DNA of 64,000 nt from NCBI GenBank assembly GCA_028023455.1, contig JAQFVV010000004.1:23064001-23128000 (forward strand). The letters run 5' to 3'. The position numbers and the translations under genes were made by a program. Positions 1 through 13,600 of this stretch are shown piece by piece. Position 1 is the first letter of the stretch, and every line of letters starts with the position of its first letter. Under the pieces are notes generated by a model. The model was not told the DNA's origin. It searched no databases and worked only from the letters and a program-made list of their open reading frames with translations. This DNA is from Epiperipatus broadwayi (lineage: Eukaryota; Animalia; Onychophora).

Positions 1-674
1 TCAGTCTATTTTCAATATATCTAGTGAAAATAAAATAAAATATGTAAAATAGTATACAAATAGTTTTCAACTTACACACAATCTGTTCCACAACCTTTTG
101 TGTAACCCACTTTATCTATAAGTTGAAAAAAATTATAAATCTTTATGGTTATAATGTATTACAGTGTGTTTTCTTTGAATCATATTAAAATATTTTTTAT
201 AAAGTCTATTAGTTTTTAAAATTTAAAAAACCCCACAAACACATATTATTTGAAACACCATATTTCTAATAGTATTTAAAATAATTGATGCATTACAATT
301 AATAATTTTTTAATTAATGAAAGTTAAACTTTTTATTTTTAAAACAATTTTTTTCAATTTAAACAAATATGGTGAAGGTTATTTTTCTACTAAAGAATTA
401 AATAAAGATATTCTTTCTCTTCTTTGCTCATTTAAACAGTGGAGTTTTTTTTTTTTTTTGCTGTTTTTATATTCTAAATTGAATTATCATTCAATACTGA
501 ATAGTAGGAAGTATGTTGGGCTTATGTAAGAAAAATTGCCTGTATTCCAAAAATATATACTATATTTTAAAATAATGAAAAAGTCCAAATTAGTTTTAAT
601 AATAAATGACTACATAATGATTTATGCTGTATTTAAGTCAGACTAATATATTATTTTCACTCTATTTTATCAAC

Positions 675-1345
675 AAGTAAATGAAAGTTTATAACCATTG
701 AAAGTTTTAAGAATAGGTAGGTGGTCTATTATATTCTTTGCAGTATACTGACATACAAGTGTTATTTATACATATTGATGGGAGGAGGGGTAATTCTTTT
801 TACATTTCATATACATTAAGTTATATGTATTTAATCCTGATGCTACCAACTATATTTGTTCAATCATAATTTCAGAATGATTTATGTCATATTTATATCA
901 AGCAAATATATAATTTCTTCACTATTTCCAGCAATGCCAGTAAATGAAAGTTTAAAATCATTGAAATCTTAAAGAATAAATGGTCCATATGTTATTTATA
1001 CAAAATATATGGGTGGGGGATTACATTCATTTAAATTTCATATGCTTAGATTTCATTAATATTATAAAATTATTAAAAATAAGATTCTATCTTTACTCTC
1101 TATATATTCAACAATAATTTCAGAATGATTTATATCATATTAAATTATGTTAATATATAATTAGCATTCTTTATTTCTAGAAATACCAATAAACAAAAGC
1201 TTACAACTATTGAAAGCTTAAAGAATAGGTAATACATTCTATTCTTTATTGTTTATTGACATATGATAGTTATCTTTACATAGCTTTTGATTAATGTTGT
1301 TACTTCCATTTATATTTCATATACATTAACTATGTATATTTGATA
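675..1345. repeat. Degenerate tandem repeat, about 2.6 copies of a ~260-bp unit
   Basis: The blocks 'gtaaatgaaagttt..ccattgaaag..aagaata' and 'ataatttcagaatgatttat.tcatatt' recur near 677/938/1190 and 868/1113. Confidence 0.6.
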
Positions 1346-4300
1346 TTTTCATAATAAAAGTTTTTACATTGTTAAAAGTATCTATGTACTGTTTATAAAC
1401 AATGAAAAAATAAATAACGTTTCACATAGTAGCTAAAATACCAATTTATTAAAGTATTAATAAGTCAAAACTTAAAAAATCTGATCTACTAAATAAAAAT
1501 ATGCTCCCTCTCCCTTTTACATAAAAAAGACTGATGATTTATAAATATTATTCATTAATCTAACAATTTAATAGATTTAATTATACAATGAGTGTTGTAA
1601 GCTTGTTATAAAGTTTTGAAAATGTCTAAATAGCACTCACTAAAAAGAATCTAAAAGGAGAAACTGATTCTGTTAGTAAAGCAATTCTATACATTTCTGA
1701 AATTATATACATATAACATGGGAGTTTAAATTAATTATAAGATAATAGTTTCCATAAAAAATGCATTTTTTATTTTTATAAATATAGCAAATTTAGATGT
1801 AACAATTTTAATATATCAAATTGCAAGCTCTTGTACCTATTCCCTCCTTAGATAAAGTTAGAGCTCATTATTTTTTATTTTATCTAATTTATTATATAAA
1901 CTATACTTTGGTTATAAAAAATACTTTATTATTAATTTACAATTTTCATTTTTTGTACCAATATATTTCTTTTTTTAATAAAATTTATGATTAAAGTACT
2001 TAAAAAAAAATTATAACAAAATTCCCAAATATTTGTATAACCTTTTCAGACCAACTATGTGATATAGTAAACCAGTTTCCCATTTATCTTGATAAATTAA
2101 TGTTTATACCCTTAAGTTATTACATCTTTCTTTTCTAATTATTTTGTTTGCTGTTCGCATTTTCTGTGGTAACAATGGTTAAACCATACACTTCCTTAAT
2201 AAATACTAATATTTTGGAGACACAATTCTTTAACTACTTGTTTCCACATAGCATTTCAATGGAACGCATCAGCAATTTTCTACTTTCTCATTTTTTATAA
2301 CAGGTTATAAATAGTTTTTTTTTTTTTTACAAATTTAATGATACAATACAATGCATAGTTGTTTTTTTCCAGTGATTTTTAGTGAAAGATTTTTTTTTGG
2401 AAAAAAAAAAGAAGTCCATTAATGTAGAATATTTTTTACAATAAATTTAAGAGATTTAGGTATGTATAATTTCAGTTTTTATATTTAATTATAATTTTAA
2501 ATATAATGATACAACTATCATTATGCAAAACTACTGCTATTGATTTATTAATTTTTAATAAAATAATCATTTTTATTAATTACACTTTTATATATTAATT
2601 TATAAAAAAAAAAAAAAAGCAAAATAATAATACGAATGATATATTTATATTTGGTTTTAATGAGTGTAATAAATTAATCAAATTCAAATACTACCTTATT
2701 TGGTTCTTTTTTACCAATGTTAATAAAATAAATATTTGAAAACAAATTATACAGAAAAAAAAAAAATTGTTAGAAAAAAAGACTCTAAATGAATATTCTA
2801 TCTAAATCATGGATTATGCTTTAATCAAATATATATATATTACCAATGAACGATAGGTATTTTTATACCTTACATAGATATAGATAAAACATTAAAAATG
2901 TTCTAAAATACTAAATATACAATTTATGAATAAATTTAAATTAGTTAGTTTAAAAATATTTAATTATTTTTTAATAATTATTGTATTTTATTAATTTTTT
3001 ATGATATATTATTAAGTTCAACAGATGCATAAAATTCAATATGCTAGGAAAAAATATAATTTATTATATTTTGTTCAATTTTTTTTTCTATAGTATTTGC
3101 AGTTATTTTTCAACATTTGATTAATAATATATTTAACCTCACTCTAATTTTAAATTAATTTTAGACCTTACTTTTCATTTTAATATCTTTTATAATGGTA
3201 TTTCTTCATAAAACTGTTGGCAAAAATGTCTTTACAATCTCTTTTTAATTAACCAATCATCTTATTTTCTTAGTACTCTTTCTTTAATTATTATACAAAT
3301 GCTAACCACTAAAATAAACCAAAATATAATTAATTCCTTTATAACAATTTATCTATCACATATGTTAACATTGAATACATAATGTATTCACTATAAACAT
3401 TCTAATTAGTCTTCATACATCATATACAAAAGTTGAATCCATTATTCCAAAACATTGATTATTGGTCCATTATAGAGATTAATACATTTTAAAGATTGGA
3501 ACAAAGCTGTCTAAAATCATTTTTACAATAAAAAGGAAAAATGTTTATTTCTATGTATTTATGATTTTAAAAAATTTTTCAAAGAAAATTGTACAAAATT
3601 AAATAAAATTTAGTAAATATTACTTAGAAAAGATTATTACAAAAAAAAAAAAAATTCATTACTTATTAGATTGTGAAAAAATATTGCATATGTGGCAGAA
3701 AATATGATAATGAAAGTAGCGCTCTTTTATCACAGTGCTCATATGCTGCTTGACTATACAAAGTCATATAAAAATGATCAGATAATAAGCAACTCAGCAT
3801 CATTGTTTCGCATAAAATTACAAACATATAAATGCACATGATTTGACTAGAATTTTTTAACAATTCAACTTTTCCATAAATGATTATGCCACAAAAATTA
3901 TCATCTTTGTGAATATTATTCATACATTATAATAGTGGATCCAAAAGTCTTTGAATATCTTAAGTTTTTGAATTTAAAGCTTTCAAACAATAGTATTCAA
4001 CCTGCATATAATTTAAAACAGAAAATATAAAACATAAAGCAGCTGCTACTCATCATATTATAAAATTCCAAAATAAAATAAAATCTGAAATTTTAATATT
4101 TTATACTTTTAAATGTGAATTAAGATCAAACATATAAATGAATGCTACAAAATATCTTTGTATTTCAAAATAAATTCATTGAAATAAAGAAAATAGCATT
4201 GTATTTCACGAATGATTTTGACAAAAATAGTGCTATGTAAGATGAAAGAAATCTTTTCTTTTATTTCATAAAGAATATATTTGTTTCATTAGAAAATAAA

Positions 4301-4565
4301 TCAGGAAGTAAGATATTTATGATGTTATATTTTTTATACATACTTACACAAGGACTAAAAATTTAAACTATAAAAACAGCTATTGCTATATAATAACAAA
4401 AAACAATAAGATTTTTATTAAGTGTTTAAAAAAAATTTTTTTTTTTCCCTTTAATAAAAAATAAGTAGAATCTGTCACTTTCTGTCTCCATTATTTTCTT
4501 TAATAGTGTTTATTTTTGGTGCAATATAGAACAAAAAAACATGAAGAATTTTCAGGAGACCTCTT

Positions 4566-4613
4566 CTATCTGGAAAGTTTGTCTTCCAATGCCTCTTGTC
4601 CATAGTTCCAACC
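4566..4613 (-). other. Candidate poison (PTC-containing) alternative exon of RBM39; 3' boundary uncertain
   Basis: Minus strand: pyrimidine tract cttcctctcctctctCAG, then GGTTGGAAC... Spliced in phase 0 to the exon ending at 5283 it reads GWNYGQEALEDKLSR*, with TAG at 4568-4566. Possible donors are a weak AG|GTCTCC at 4560 or GTAAGT at 4347. Confidence 0.5.
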
Positions 4614-5282
4614 CTGAGAGAGGAGAGGAAGGGGATATTTCAGAGTTTTGGTCAAAAATATTTTAGCAGTGATTTTATTTTGCAATTAAAAACAAAATAA
4701 TTAAGATCTATAATTGTCTTAAATTATCATTAAATTTAAATTTTTACAATTAAAATTACTTCCCAATAATTAAAGAGAAAAAAAGGAATAAAATAATTAA
4801 AACTAAATTATCTGCATTCACCATTAGAGGTGAAGACAAATGGATACAAACTTGAATATTTAAATTAAATTATAATTTTCATAACTAAAAAAAAAAAAAA
4901 AAAAGTGAACAAGCACATGTGCTGGGTAAGGATAACTAAAGACAAAATAACCCAGGCACTACTACCTCATAGGAACTGGATGCAAACTGGCTAGCTGTAA
5001 GTCAATGGGGTCTACAAGAACAAAATGGGCAGAAAGTATAAGAAAAAAAATGAAAATGTTTTTCATTTATTCTATGAGATTGAGAAGAAAATGCTAGAAA
5101 TTTTTTTAAAAATTTATTTAATATATTATAATTATAAAAACACAAATTCCAGCATTTTCCTTGAACATATTGAACTTTTTTTTTTTACTGACTTCCTTAA
5201 TGGCAAAATTAACAAATTAAAATAAAAAAATTCTGATAAATATTCATGCAAGTTCATATAAATTTAACAAATCACAACAAAC

Positions 5283-5336
5283 CTCTTTTCTGTAAGGGGC
5301 TTCCAGCATGGCTTCAACATCAAAATCATCTGCCAT
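5283..5336 (-). CDS. RBM39: First coding exon of splicing factor RBM39/Caper (RBM39/RBM23 family); exon spans 5283-5356 including 5' UTR
   Basis: Translates to MADDFDVEAMLEAPYRKE, matching the conserved RBM39 N-terminus (human MADDIDIEAMLEAPYKK). Acceptor ttttcttttAG ends at 5357 and donor GAG|GTTTGT starts at 5282. No later coding exon was identified in 1-5282. Confidence 0.9.
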
Positions 5337-7329
5337 TGTATCTCTCATTGATGTTTCTAAAAGAAAAAAAAAATTTTGTTTTCAATATTTCATTGTATCT
5401 TTATAGGTATATATTTAAAACTTAATTTCATTGACTCCATACATCAACTTTTACTTTAAAGCAATCAATAAATTCATTTTCATAACTTCAATTTTTCCTC
5501 ATCTATTCCTCTCTTATTTCAGTCATTATTTTATTTAATAGCAGAGTTATTCATCCAAAAATCTAATATATTTAATATATTTAGAGACAAAATAAATTCA
5601 TATTAAATGAACATTACTTCTTCCAAATGCACACTGACAGCAGTATCCACTTGGCATCAGTTAGTCAATGGATTCTCAAATAAAATCCCTCCCCCCTCAG
5701 ATTCTATATAAGAGATTATATCTATATACTTAAGACAAACACATTTAGTTGGGAAAATAATTCTTAAAACTTTGATTGCTTTAAAGTCACAAAAATAATT
5801 AGTATTAAAAATCCAAGTACATTTGGGATTTAACAAACATCATTTATTTATATCAAATTATAGATTTTCACTTTTATTGAAATCCCATTATCAATTGCAA
5901 ACTTAAAAATTCTGCTTGTTTTTTTTAAAGTTACAAATAGCTGTCTAGTGTCAAAATAGCACTTACAACAACAAATGAATTAATGATTAAATTAAATTTA
6001 AATAAGTGTCAAGTTTTAAGTTAAAAATATATTAATGATTTGGTATTCATGGTAAACTAATTTTACTATGCATAAATTTAATTATAAGTTATTGTTTCTA
6101 AATTTCTATCATTATTTTATTTTAAGTCAGCCATACTCAACCTGCAATCCATAAGTTGCCTGCCAAGTTTTAGCTTTTACATGCAGCCCAATTAAGTGAC
6201 CACAGACGGCATTTATCAGCCTGCCTGCTGCTCCTTTTACAATGAACATTTGCTATGCTGTAACAAGTGCAGTACTATTTTACAATAAGCATTTCGGTTA
6301 AGTTTGGTGGTGGTTAGATATACATACTCAAGATCAGCTCTAAGCACGAAGACGGCATGTGCTTGAAAAACATTGTATGTCTGAGATTTAATGGTAGAGA
6401 TCAGTGTGGCTAATTTTAAGTCGGGCTTTTTGATTTGACTCAATTCTTGTAGGTTGGTCAATTTTCAGGATAGATCAAATCAAACTCTTCTAACAAGCCA
6501 ATTTAACCACTTTGATTTTTTCTTTCTTTCTACCTGAAGAGGGAAAAATTGTTTTTTGACTTCTTAATTACCTAGCAACCACTCGCAAGTGATTATATAT
6601 ATATTGTTAGTTGTCAATTTTTTAATTTCACAGATCTAAACAACCTTTAGGAGAAATAACCTGCCTTCATTGTTAATGAGTAACCATTTACTTTTGATTT
6701 TTTTTATTGATGAACAAATAATGCTAGTCATCAATATCTTATCATTATACATGAATTAATGTAAATACAGGCACAAAATACATTTATATTTAGTAATATA
6801 AAAAGAAATATACAATTACATATATATCTCCGCCTGCTACCGTTGGCGAGGTACAGCTTCTAGATGCAATACAACTATGAGACTTCAGTTGCCCTTATAA
6901 ATTTTACTACCAACCCCAGCTGTACCATGACAGCTTGCCTAATATCAGATGAAGATCCTGAACATAGACTTCCCTCACTGTGTTAACTGTATTATAGTGG
7001 AGAACCAGCATATTACCATTCAGCTTTGACAGTTGTCTCAACTCCAAATGGATTAACTATTTATAGCCAGATCCCTATACATGATGAGAACAATCGAATT
7101 CAGTGAGCACGGTAGCTTATTGGCCTGTTCTTGCCAATGGAAGTATGTTATCTATTTGCATATACATTGGTCCATGGTGATGAATGCTCAATCCAATCAA
7201 GATAAGATGGAATCAAGACTAGACCATTCTTTGAAAAACTTGGTAGTTGTTTTGTGACATACTATTTTATAATAAACTATAATTGAAACCTGTCACAATG
7301 ATGCCTTCAAACAACAACAAAAAAATATC

Positions 7330-9136
7330 TAATGAAAATAGTGTTTCAAGATAACTGGGAAGAAGAATATTTTGTTGTGTTAAATAAAAAAGGTTCAGCA
7401 ATGTGTTTGATTTGTCGAGAAAATATCACTTTAAAAAAATGACATTGATCATCATTACCATGAAACATAAATAGTTTAATGATACTTTTTCTCATGGGAA
7501 TTAATAAAAAGTGAAAAATTCGTTTTCTTCAAGATATATTTAAAACAACAAAGTGTTATGTCAGTGGCAATCTCTCAAGAAGCAGCAGTGACATGAACAT
7601 TATATGAAATTTGTTACATTGTTGGCCAAAATATGAAACTATTTAGTGATGCTGAAGTTGTGTAAGAATGTATAAATTTCATAATAAAAATCAAATATTA
7701 GAAATTAAGAAAATATAACTTTCAGATTCTATCTGCATTATATGTATTGAAAATATTGCAAATATTTTAGTTTGGCTGTTGATTCTAGCACCAATATTTC
7801 AGCAATGCCACAATGTGCTCTTTTCGTCAGACACTGTACTGAACAGAATTCAATTCATGAAGATTAGATAGTGTATTTTCCCGAAAATATTCTGGAGAAT
7901 ATGAAAATAAAAAAATTGCTTTCTGTATGTGTTAATGGATGTCTTTCAATGATCAGATCTGAAAAGGGGATGCTTCCCTATTAAAAAAGAAATACAATTT
8001 AACAAATCTGTTATCATTTCACTGTTTAATTCACCAAGAAAATTTGGGGGCAGATATAGCCTTAAAAGAAGTAGATGCTGTGATAAAAACTGTCATAAAC
8101 ATTATGAATTATATTCGAGCCAGAGAATTGAAAAATCTTTTGGAAAAAATAATAGTAATTATGATGACATACTTCGGTGCAATGACTCAGCAGAGATAAG
8201 GTTTTGGATTGCTTTTTTTCATTATAGCATGAAATTATTGCACTCTTATAAAGAAAACCATAAAGTTTATAATGAACTTGAGAATAATGAATGGTAGTGT
8301 CTTTTAGCCTTTTTATGCGACATCACAGAAAAACTTTGTGATCTTAATATTAGTTTACAAGGCAAGATAAAATTATTTCACAAATGGCAAATAGTTTTTG
8401 GGTTTGAAGAAAAACTAATTATTTATTACCAAGAGATACAAAACCAAATACCATATTTCCCAATGTTAATAAAAGCTAAGCAAGATAGTATTGACATTTC
8501 TTCAGAAACCTATACCATGACTTCAAATTATTTAATTGCCATATCTAAACAATTTGAAAGATTTCAAGATTTAAGAAATATTAAAAATTGTCTCTTATTT
8601 GTAGGAAATTCTTGGCACTTAGAAATAGCAACTGTTATACAATCAAGTGCATTTGTCATAATTTGCCATATTTAAAAATGACACAAATTTGGAAAGTCAT
8701 ATAGAATTTTGGAACTTAGTGCCTCAAAAATATAAACTGTCAAAAAGTGTTACAAATGTTGTTAGAATTGACATATCTTTGTGAATATCATATTCAAAAA
8801 GAAAAAATATGTGAAAAACACATCCTGATGATATATCAAGCATGTTAGCACTTATAACCTGATTTATCTAAAATTATTAAAAGTTTATTTCAATATCAAA
8901 AATCTCATTAATATTTAAATAAATATTTGGATCAAATAAAAATTCTTGTTTTATTAACATGTTAATTATAAAATATATATAGTAATCTACAACCCATGGC
9001 ATGCATGAATTGAGAAGTCAGACATTTTTTCACTTGATACTAACCAGTTGCCAATGGCTGATATAGCATGTTGTGTCCTGCTTGATGTATCAAACAAATG
9101 TAAGTGGCCCAGGGGGAAAAAAGTTAAACATTGCTG
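7330..9136 (+). mobile_element. Decayed hAT (Charlie/SPIN, GTF2IRD2-like) transposase remnant with right terminus
   Basis: Fragmented motifs in the expected order: VFQDNWEEEYF..MCLIC, LAVDSST, HCLIHQE, MNYIRARE, LAFLCDIT..LNISLQGK. The sequence tggcccagggggaaaaaagttaaacattgctg ending at 9136 resembles a hAT terminus. Left end not established. Confidence 0.85.
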
Positions 9137-10064
9137 CACAAAATTATCAAAGCATTAATTAATTCTTCTACACAGACTTGACTAATTAAGAGTGTCTGTT
9201 CAATATAAGCAGTCATGACTGTTTTGTTCTCTCTTGTGAATAAATTTATTTTAAAACAAAATGCAGTATGTTAAATAAAAAAATTACTGATTGTTCAAGA
9301 GATCAAATAAAATGTCGGTGCTTTTTATAGAAAAATAAATAAATAAAATATTAAACACTTTAATAAATGCATACAACATATTAAAGTTTTTTAATAAATA
9401 AATAATCATAATAGTAATTACTTATAATAAATATGTATTTAGAAAGGATTTGAATAGACTTTAAAGCTCCCTTCAGCTATCCACTCTATCTCATACAACA
9501 GATACATGATCTCCCCCCGGATCATCTCCCACATACACATAATAAATGCTCAGTTTATATTAAGACAGCAAATCAAACTTTAACTGTATGGGCTTAATTA
9601 ATGTACTTTTTAGATACAATACATTATATATATATTGTCAAGTGTAAAATTATTATCCAATACATAAAAACAATTTTTCAATTCCATTTTTTTCTGACTA
9701 GCTATTTAATATTACAATTTTCAATATTTTTTTCTTATTAAAAAAAAAAGACAGATCCACCTCTAAAACTATTTATGTAAACTCAAATAAATGGATAGCA
9801 TATATTAAATTTTTCGAATTATTGTTTTTCATGAGGAAATAATAGCACTTATTCATCCAGCAGCTATCTTTAACGCTATAAATAGACTTTTTAAAGTTAT
9901 CTGACATAAAAAAAGTTTTGTTGCCTATTAAATAGATAGTTGCAATCAAGTCCTTCTGGGTGATCAAGGCCATCAGCTGGAAATTAGCCTAAGGATCTAT
10001 TAGCATTCATACTAGGTGACCATCTTCATATACATGACTTTAAAGTAGTATTTGCCTGAAGGTT

Positions 10065-11430
10065 TGTGATAATGGTATTTTAGATGTGATGGATTATTTC
10101 CATTATCTATATCATTCAATGTTGAATATCTAGGAAATTTTAAACTTTGTTTCCACTTATTTACTTTTTTCCCATTAAATCATAGACACTAAATGCAACA
10201 AATCAATCACCCCCATCCGCAGATATTATTGAGGTCAGTGTGTCATGCTATAGCTTTGAAGATTGAGAGAGTCCCAACCAGGTTTCTATATATATATCTT
10301 GTATTCGGAAACTTTTCTATTCCTTTCTCTTATTGTTTCTAGCTTATTTCTAAAAGCAATTAGTGGTCATCTTGAACTGTTTTCATAGACACATGCATCT
10401 TGTGCATCATATAGCATAAAGAACAAAGGTATTAGCACATATATTCGAAAAAAGATTTTTACCAAATTCTTTAAATATATATCCAATATTTATATTTTAA
10501 TTCTTAAATATAACTGGTATTGTCTGCCCCGATCTGGTCAAAGCTGGAACATGAAAAATAAATGCGAGATTGGATTTCAGACTCCCTTTTACTAAGAACA
10601 AAGCAATCATCTATTGATTGAATGTCTTTTATATTTGTAAAACAATTTGGTAGCTAATGCTTCTAAGTTGATATTAATCAGAAAATCAAAGAATTTAGGC
10701 TCAAGTGACCAATATCTAAATTTGTGACATAATTGTTTATTTGTAAGTTCAAGTATAGACTTTTCGTGAATTTTTGTGGCTGTGGAAAATAATAAATATA
10801 CTTCCCAATATTGATATTTACCTTTTGAGAGAATATAGACTAGATTTTGTATTTCTAAGACTAAGTCTCTAATAGCCTTTAAATATCCTATATGTGGAGA
10901 TGGTCTATCTATAGGTGTGATTTTAAATGCTATTTCCAGGTAAGGAAACACCTCAGTACATCTTGAGATAATGTTAAGTGATTTTTGTATTTTAAATACT
11001 TTTACTGAATGTGGATCCCAGCCATTGCTTGCCAATGGACAGTGGAGTTTTCTGATTGACATTGATGAAATCCTTCTACTCCAGAGAAGTTTTCTCAGTA
11101 TTGTATGACTATAGTTAATAAATTTCTTTGTAAATTTTATTATTGGTGTATATTATTCTAGTCACAATTAGCAAATGCAAACAACTACTATTATTAACAC
11201 ACAAATAGACTAGAGAACACAGGTTACATGTGAAACATTATATAATCTATTAATAACACGGGTTACATGTGAAACGTTATGTAATCTATTAACATGTGAA
11301 ATGTTATGTGATCTATTAATCTTGTTGTATATTTGTGTGTTATTACTAACTCTTGTTTGTATTTTAAGTTTTTTTAGACATTCAACATTTAATGATAATG
11401 ATGAAAATAGTACAACATATCACATCTAAA
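10065..11430. repeat. Interrupted fold-back element of the same family as 17995-18575; left arm split by a ~1-kb foreign segment
   Basis: 11172-11210 is the inverse of 11325-11360, and 10065-10150 is the inverse of 11360-11430. Both arms resemble 18455-18600 (e.g. atcacaaaccttcaggca at ~10050-10068 on minus and ~18580-18597 on plus). The centre has ~40-bp tandem repeats (acatgtgaaac.ttat.taatctatta). Confidence 0.55.
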
Positions 11431-11680
11431 ACCTTAAAGTAGAATTGCAAAATGGATTACTGCTGACAATGGAATTTTAAATGTATAACTAGGGAAGTCA
11501 AGTGAGGTTTCTTTTACTTTCAAAATATACAGGCAGTTCTTTACTTGCATAAAATTAATTTATATACCAAAGTACTAGCAAATGCTAATAAATATTCAAA
11601 AAATGAAATATACAAGTATGCAGTCCTCTTTTTATCAAGTATTTTAGACTGTGCGATAATATAGTGCTTATTTTCATTTG

Positions 11681-12086
11681 TTAAATTTGATAGTTTTCTA
11701 TTCTATCGTGTCAGCCGTTTGATGGCATTGATGCTAAGCAAAAACACATACATATAACGTTACCGGGCGCACCCCGTTCTTTGTGAAAGAATATAGAAAT
11801 TGTACGGGTTAACTTAATTCATTAATTTCCTTAATAACATTTACTGGAACAATTTTACGTAAACATACGTTATTGCAAATATTCTATTCTAGTAGCATAA
11901 AAATGAATGCCATCATCTGTGACCACCAGCTGCCATGTATTAAACGGCCTCTTTCTGTGCTTTATTGGTATAGGTATATAGACCTAGATACGTGGCGGCT
12001 GCATAAATGGCATATTTGTGCTTTTGCATATAAATAGTGCCATCAAGCGGCTGACCCGATAAAATAGAAAACTACCTTAAATTTAA
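11681..12086. mobile_element. Non-autonomous DNA transposon (MITE) with ~70-bp TIRs, possibly Kolobok-type
   Basis: tagttttctattctatcgtgtcagccgtttgatggca (11691-11727) is the inverse of tgccatcaagcggctgacccgataaaatagaaaacta (12038-12074). The right end reads ..gaaaactacc|TTAA. Confidence 0.5.
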
Positions 12087-12309
12087 ATATAGATCTGAAG
12101 GCGAAAAGTCCAACTTAAGAAATTGCTAGATTAATTAAATATTTTCTTCTGGCTTATTATAAGTATGCAGAAAAACAATTTATAAGAAGAGTATTTTTCT
12201 TTTTAAATGTTCAATGCAAATATTATTGGTGTTTAGTGTTATTAATTTCAAATATATTCATCTATATATACTAACATTCTAAAAATTAAAGACTGCCTAA
12301 TGCTATACT

Positions 12310-12720
12310 AGCAAAACAACAAAATTTTATTAAAATTCTTCGACAATCATGATTTCATCTATTAGCAAATAAACCTTCCTCAAGTGAAATTTAACTAAAC
12401 ATACAACATATATATATATACAAAATGAGTCTTCCCATCATTCACTTCAACAAACAACTTCCTTTAACATCAAAGAACATCTTCATGAGATTGATGGTCT
12501 CAGATTCAGAAAAAACTTTGATGATAACATTTTTTTGAATCTGAGGCCATCAATTTCATGAAAACATTCTTTGATGTAAAGGAAGTTTGTTGTTAAAGGG
12601 ATGATAGAAAGACTGTTTTGTATACATATGTTGTATGTTTAGTTGAATTTCATTTGGTCTATTTGTTAATAGATGAAACCAAGGTTGTGGAAGAATATTA
12701 CTAAAATTTTGTTTTGACTA
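12310..12720. repeat. ~400-bp imperfect palindrome (two ~190-bp inverted arms)
   Basis: Arms pair across a centre near 12522, e.g. gattgatggtctcagattcagaaaaa with tttttgaatctgaggccatcaat, and cttcctttaacatcaaagaacat with acattctttgatgtaaaggaag. Confidence 0.85.
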
Positions 12721-13059
12721 CTATTGTAGTATAATATGAATTTCTATTTTATTAACATTCTAATATAATTAAGAAAATGAATTTGGTACAGTTTAGTATT
12801 TCAAATATAAATAATAATATTTGAAGTTGATGAGGCAATCAATTATATTGAAATTTGGAAATCAGAAGGCTTTATTAGTGAACACAGAAATTTGAATTAG
12901 TCAAATTAAATTGCTAATATTGTATTGCATATTTTATCTTTAAATTTAACAAAATGGAAAAAAAAATTTGATGTAGTATAGTATTTCATATCTGATATGA
13001 AGTCATATTGAAATTACTGAGGTATAGGGAAACTATATAAACTAAAAATACAAAACTTC

Positions 13060-13600
13060 TGAAAGCTCAAAAGTAGTCCCTTCCAGCCCTGATGCAATTT
13101 TATTTTCCAGACAGGCTTGTTTTTCATAATGGAGTCAAAAAATCTCTTTTCAACCCTAAAACAGTGATCCCATATATTCTACTCGAGATTAAAAAATCAG
13201 GTGAATATGATGGGTATTCAGCAATTGTGATCTTATTTTCTTAGAAAGTTTGGTTATCATAGCACTATTAAATGTGATATGATGGAGCATTAAATCTCTT
13301 ATTCTTAAATCATGGAAAACTTCAGGCAAGTAATGTTGTGTATATCAGGAAGAAAACAGCTTACATTACTTTTTTTCATCAAACTTAAATTTTTTTCACA
13401 GTGGTCAGTGTTGACTAACCTTTAAACACACATTCTACTTTTTGATGTGTTGGCACATTGCAAAAAAGAAAATGGCAGAATTCAACTGCTGCTCACGTGC
13501 TTATAATGTATTGAACCAAACACATGCACAATTAATAATTTATGCAGTCATTGATTGCCATATCTCAAAAATCAGTGTGACTCTCATATTTGATGACAAT
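13060..13600 (-). mobile_element. Highly decayed mariner transposase C-terminal remnant
   Basis: Minus-strand EYPSYSPDF (compare HPPYSPDLAP) followed by NCIRAGRDYF (compare KCI...GDYFE). Confidence 0.5.

Noticed and set aside
4914-4969. 11-nt match to the let-7 5' end (TGAGGTAGTAG, minus strand) next to a hairpin ending in ACA
   Set aside because: The match stops at nt 11 and is not within a pre-miRNA-like stem. No H box or second hairpin supports an H/ACA snoRNA.
11217-11320. Short direct repeats that might suggest a CRISPR array
   Set aside because: Adjacent tandem copies without unique spacers, in eukaryotic repeat context, with no cas genes.
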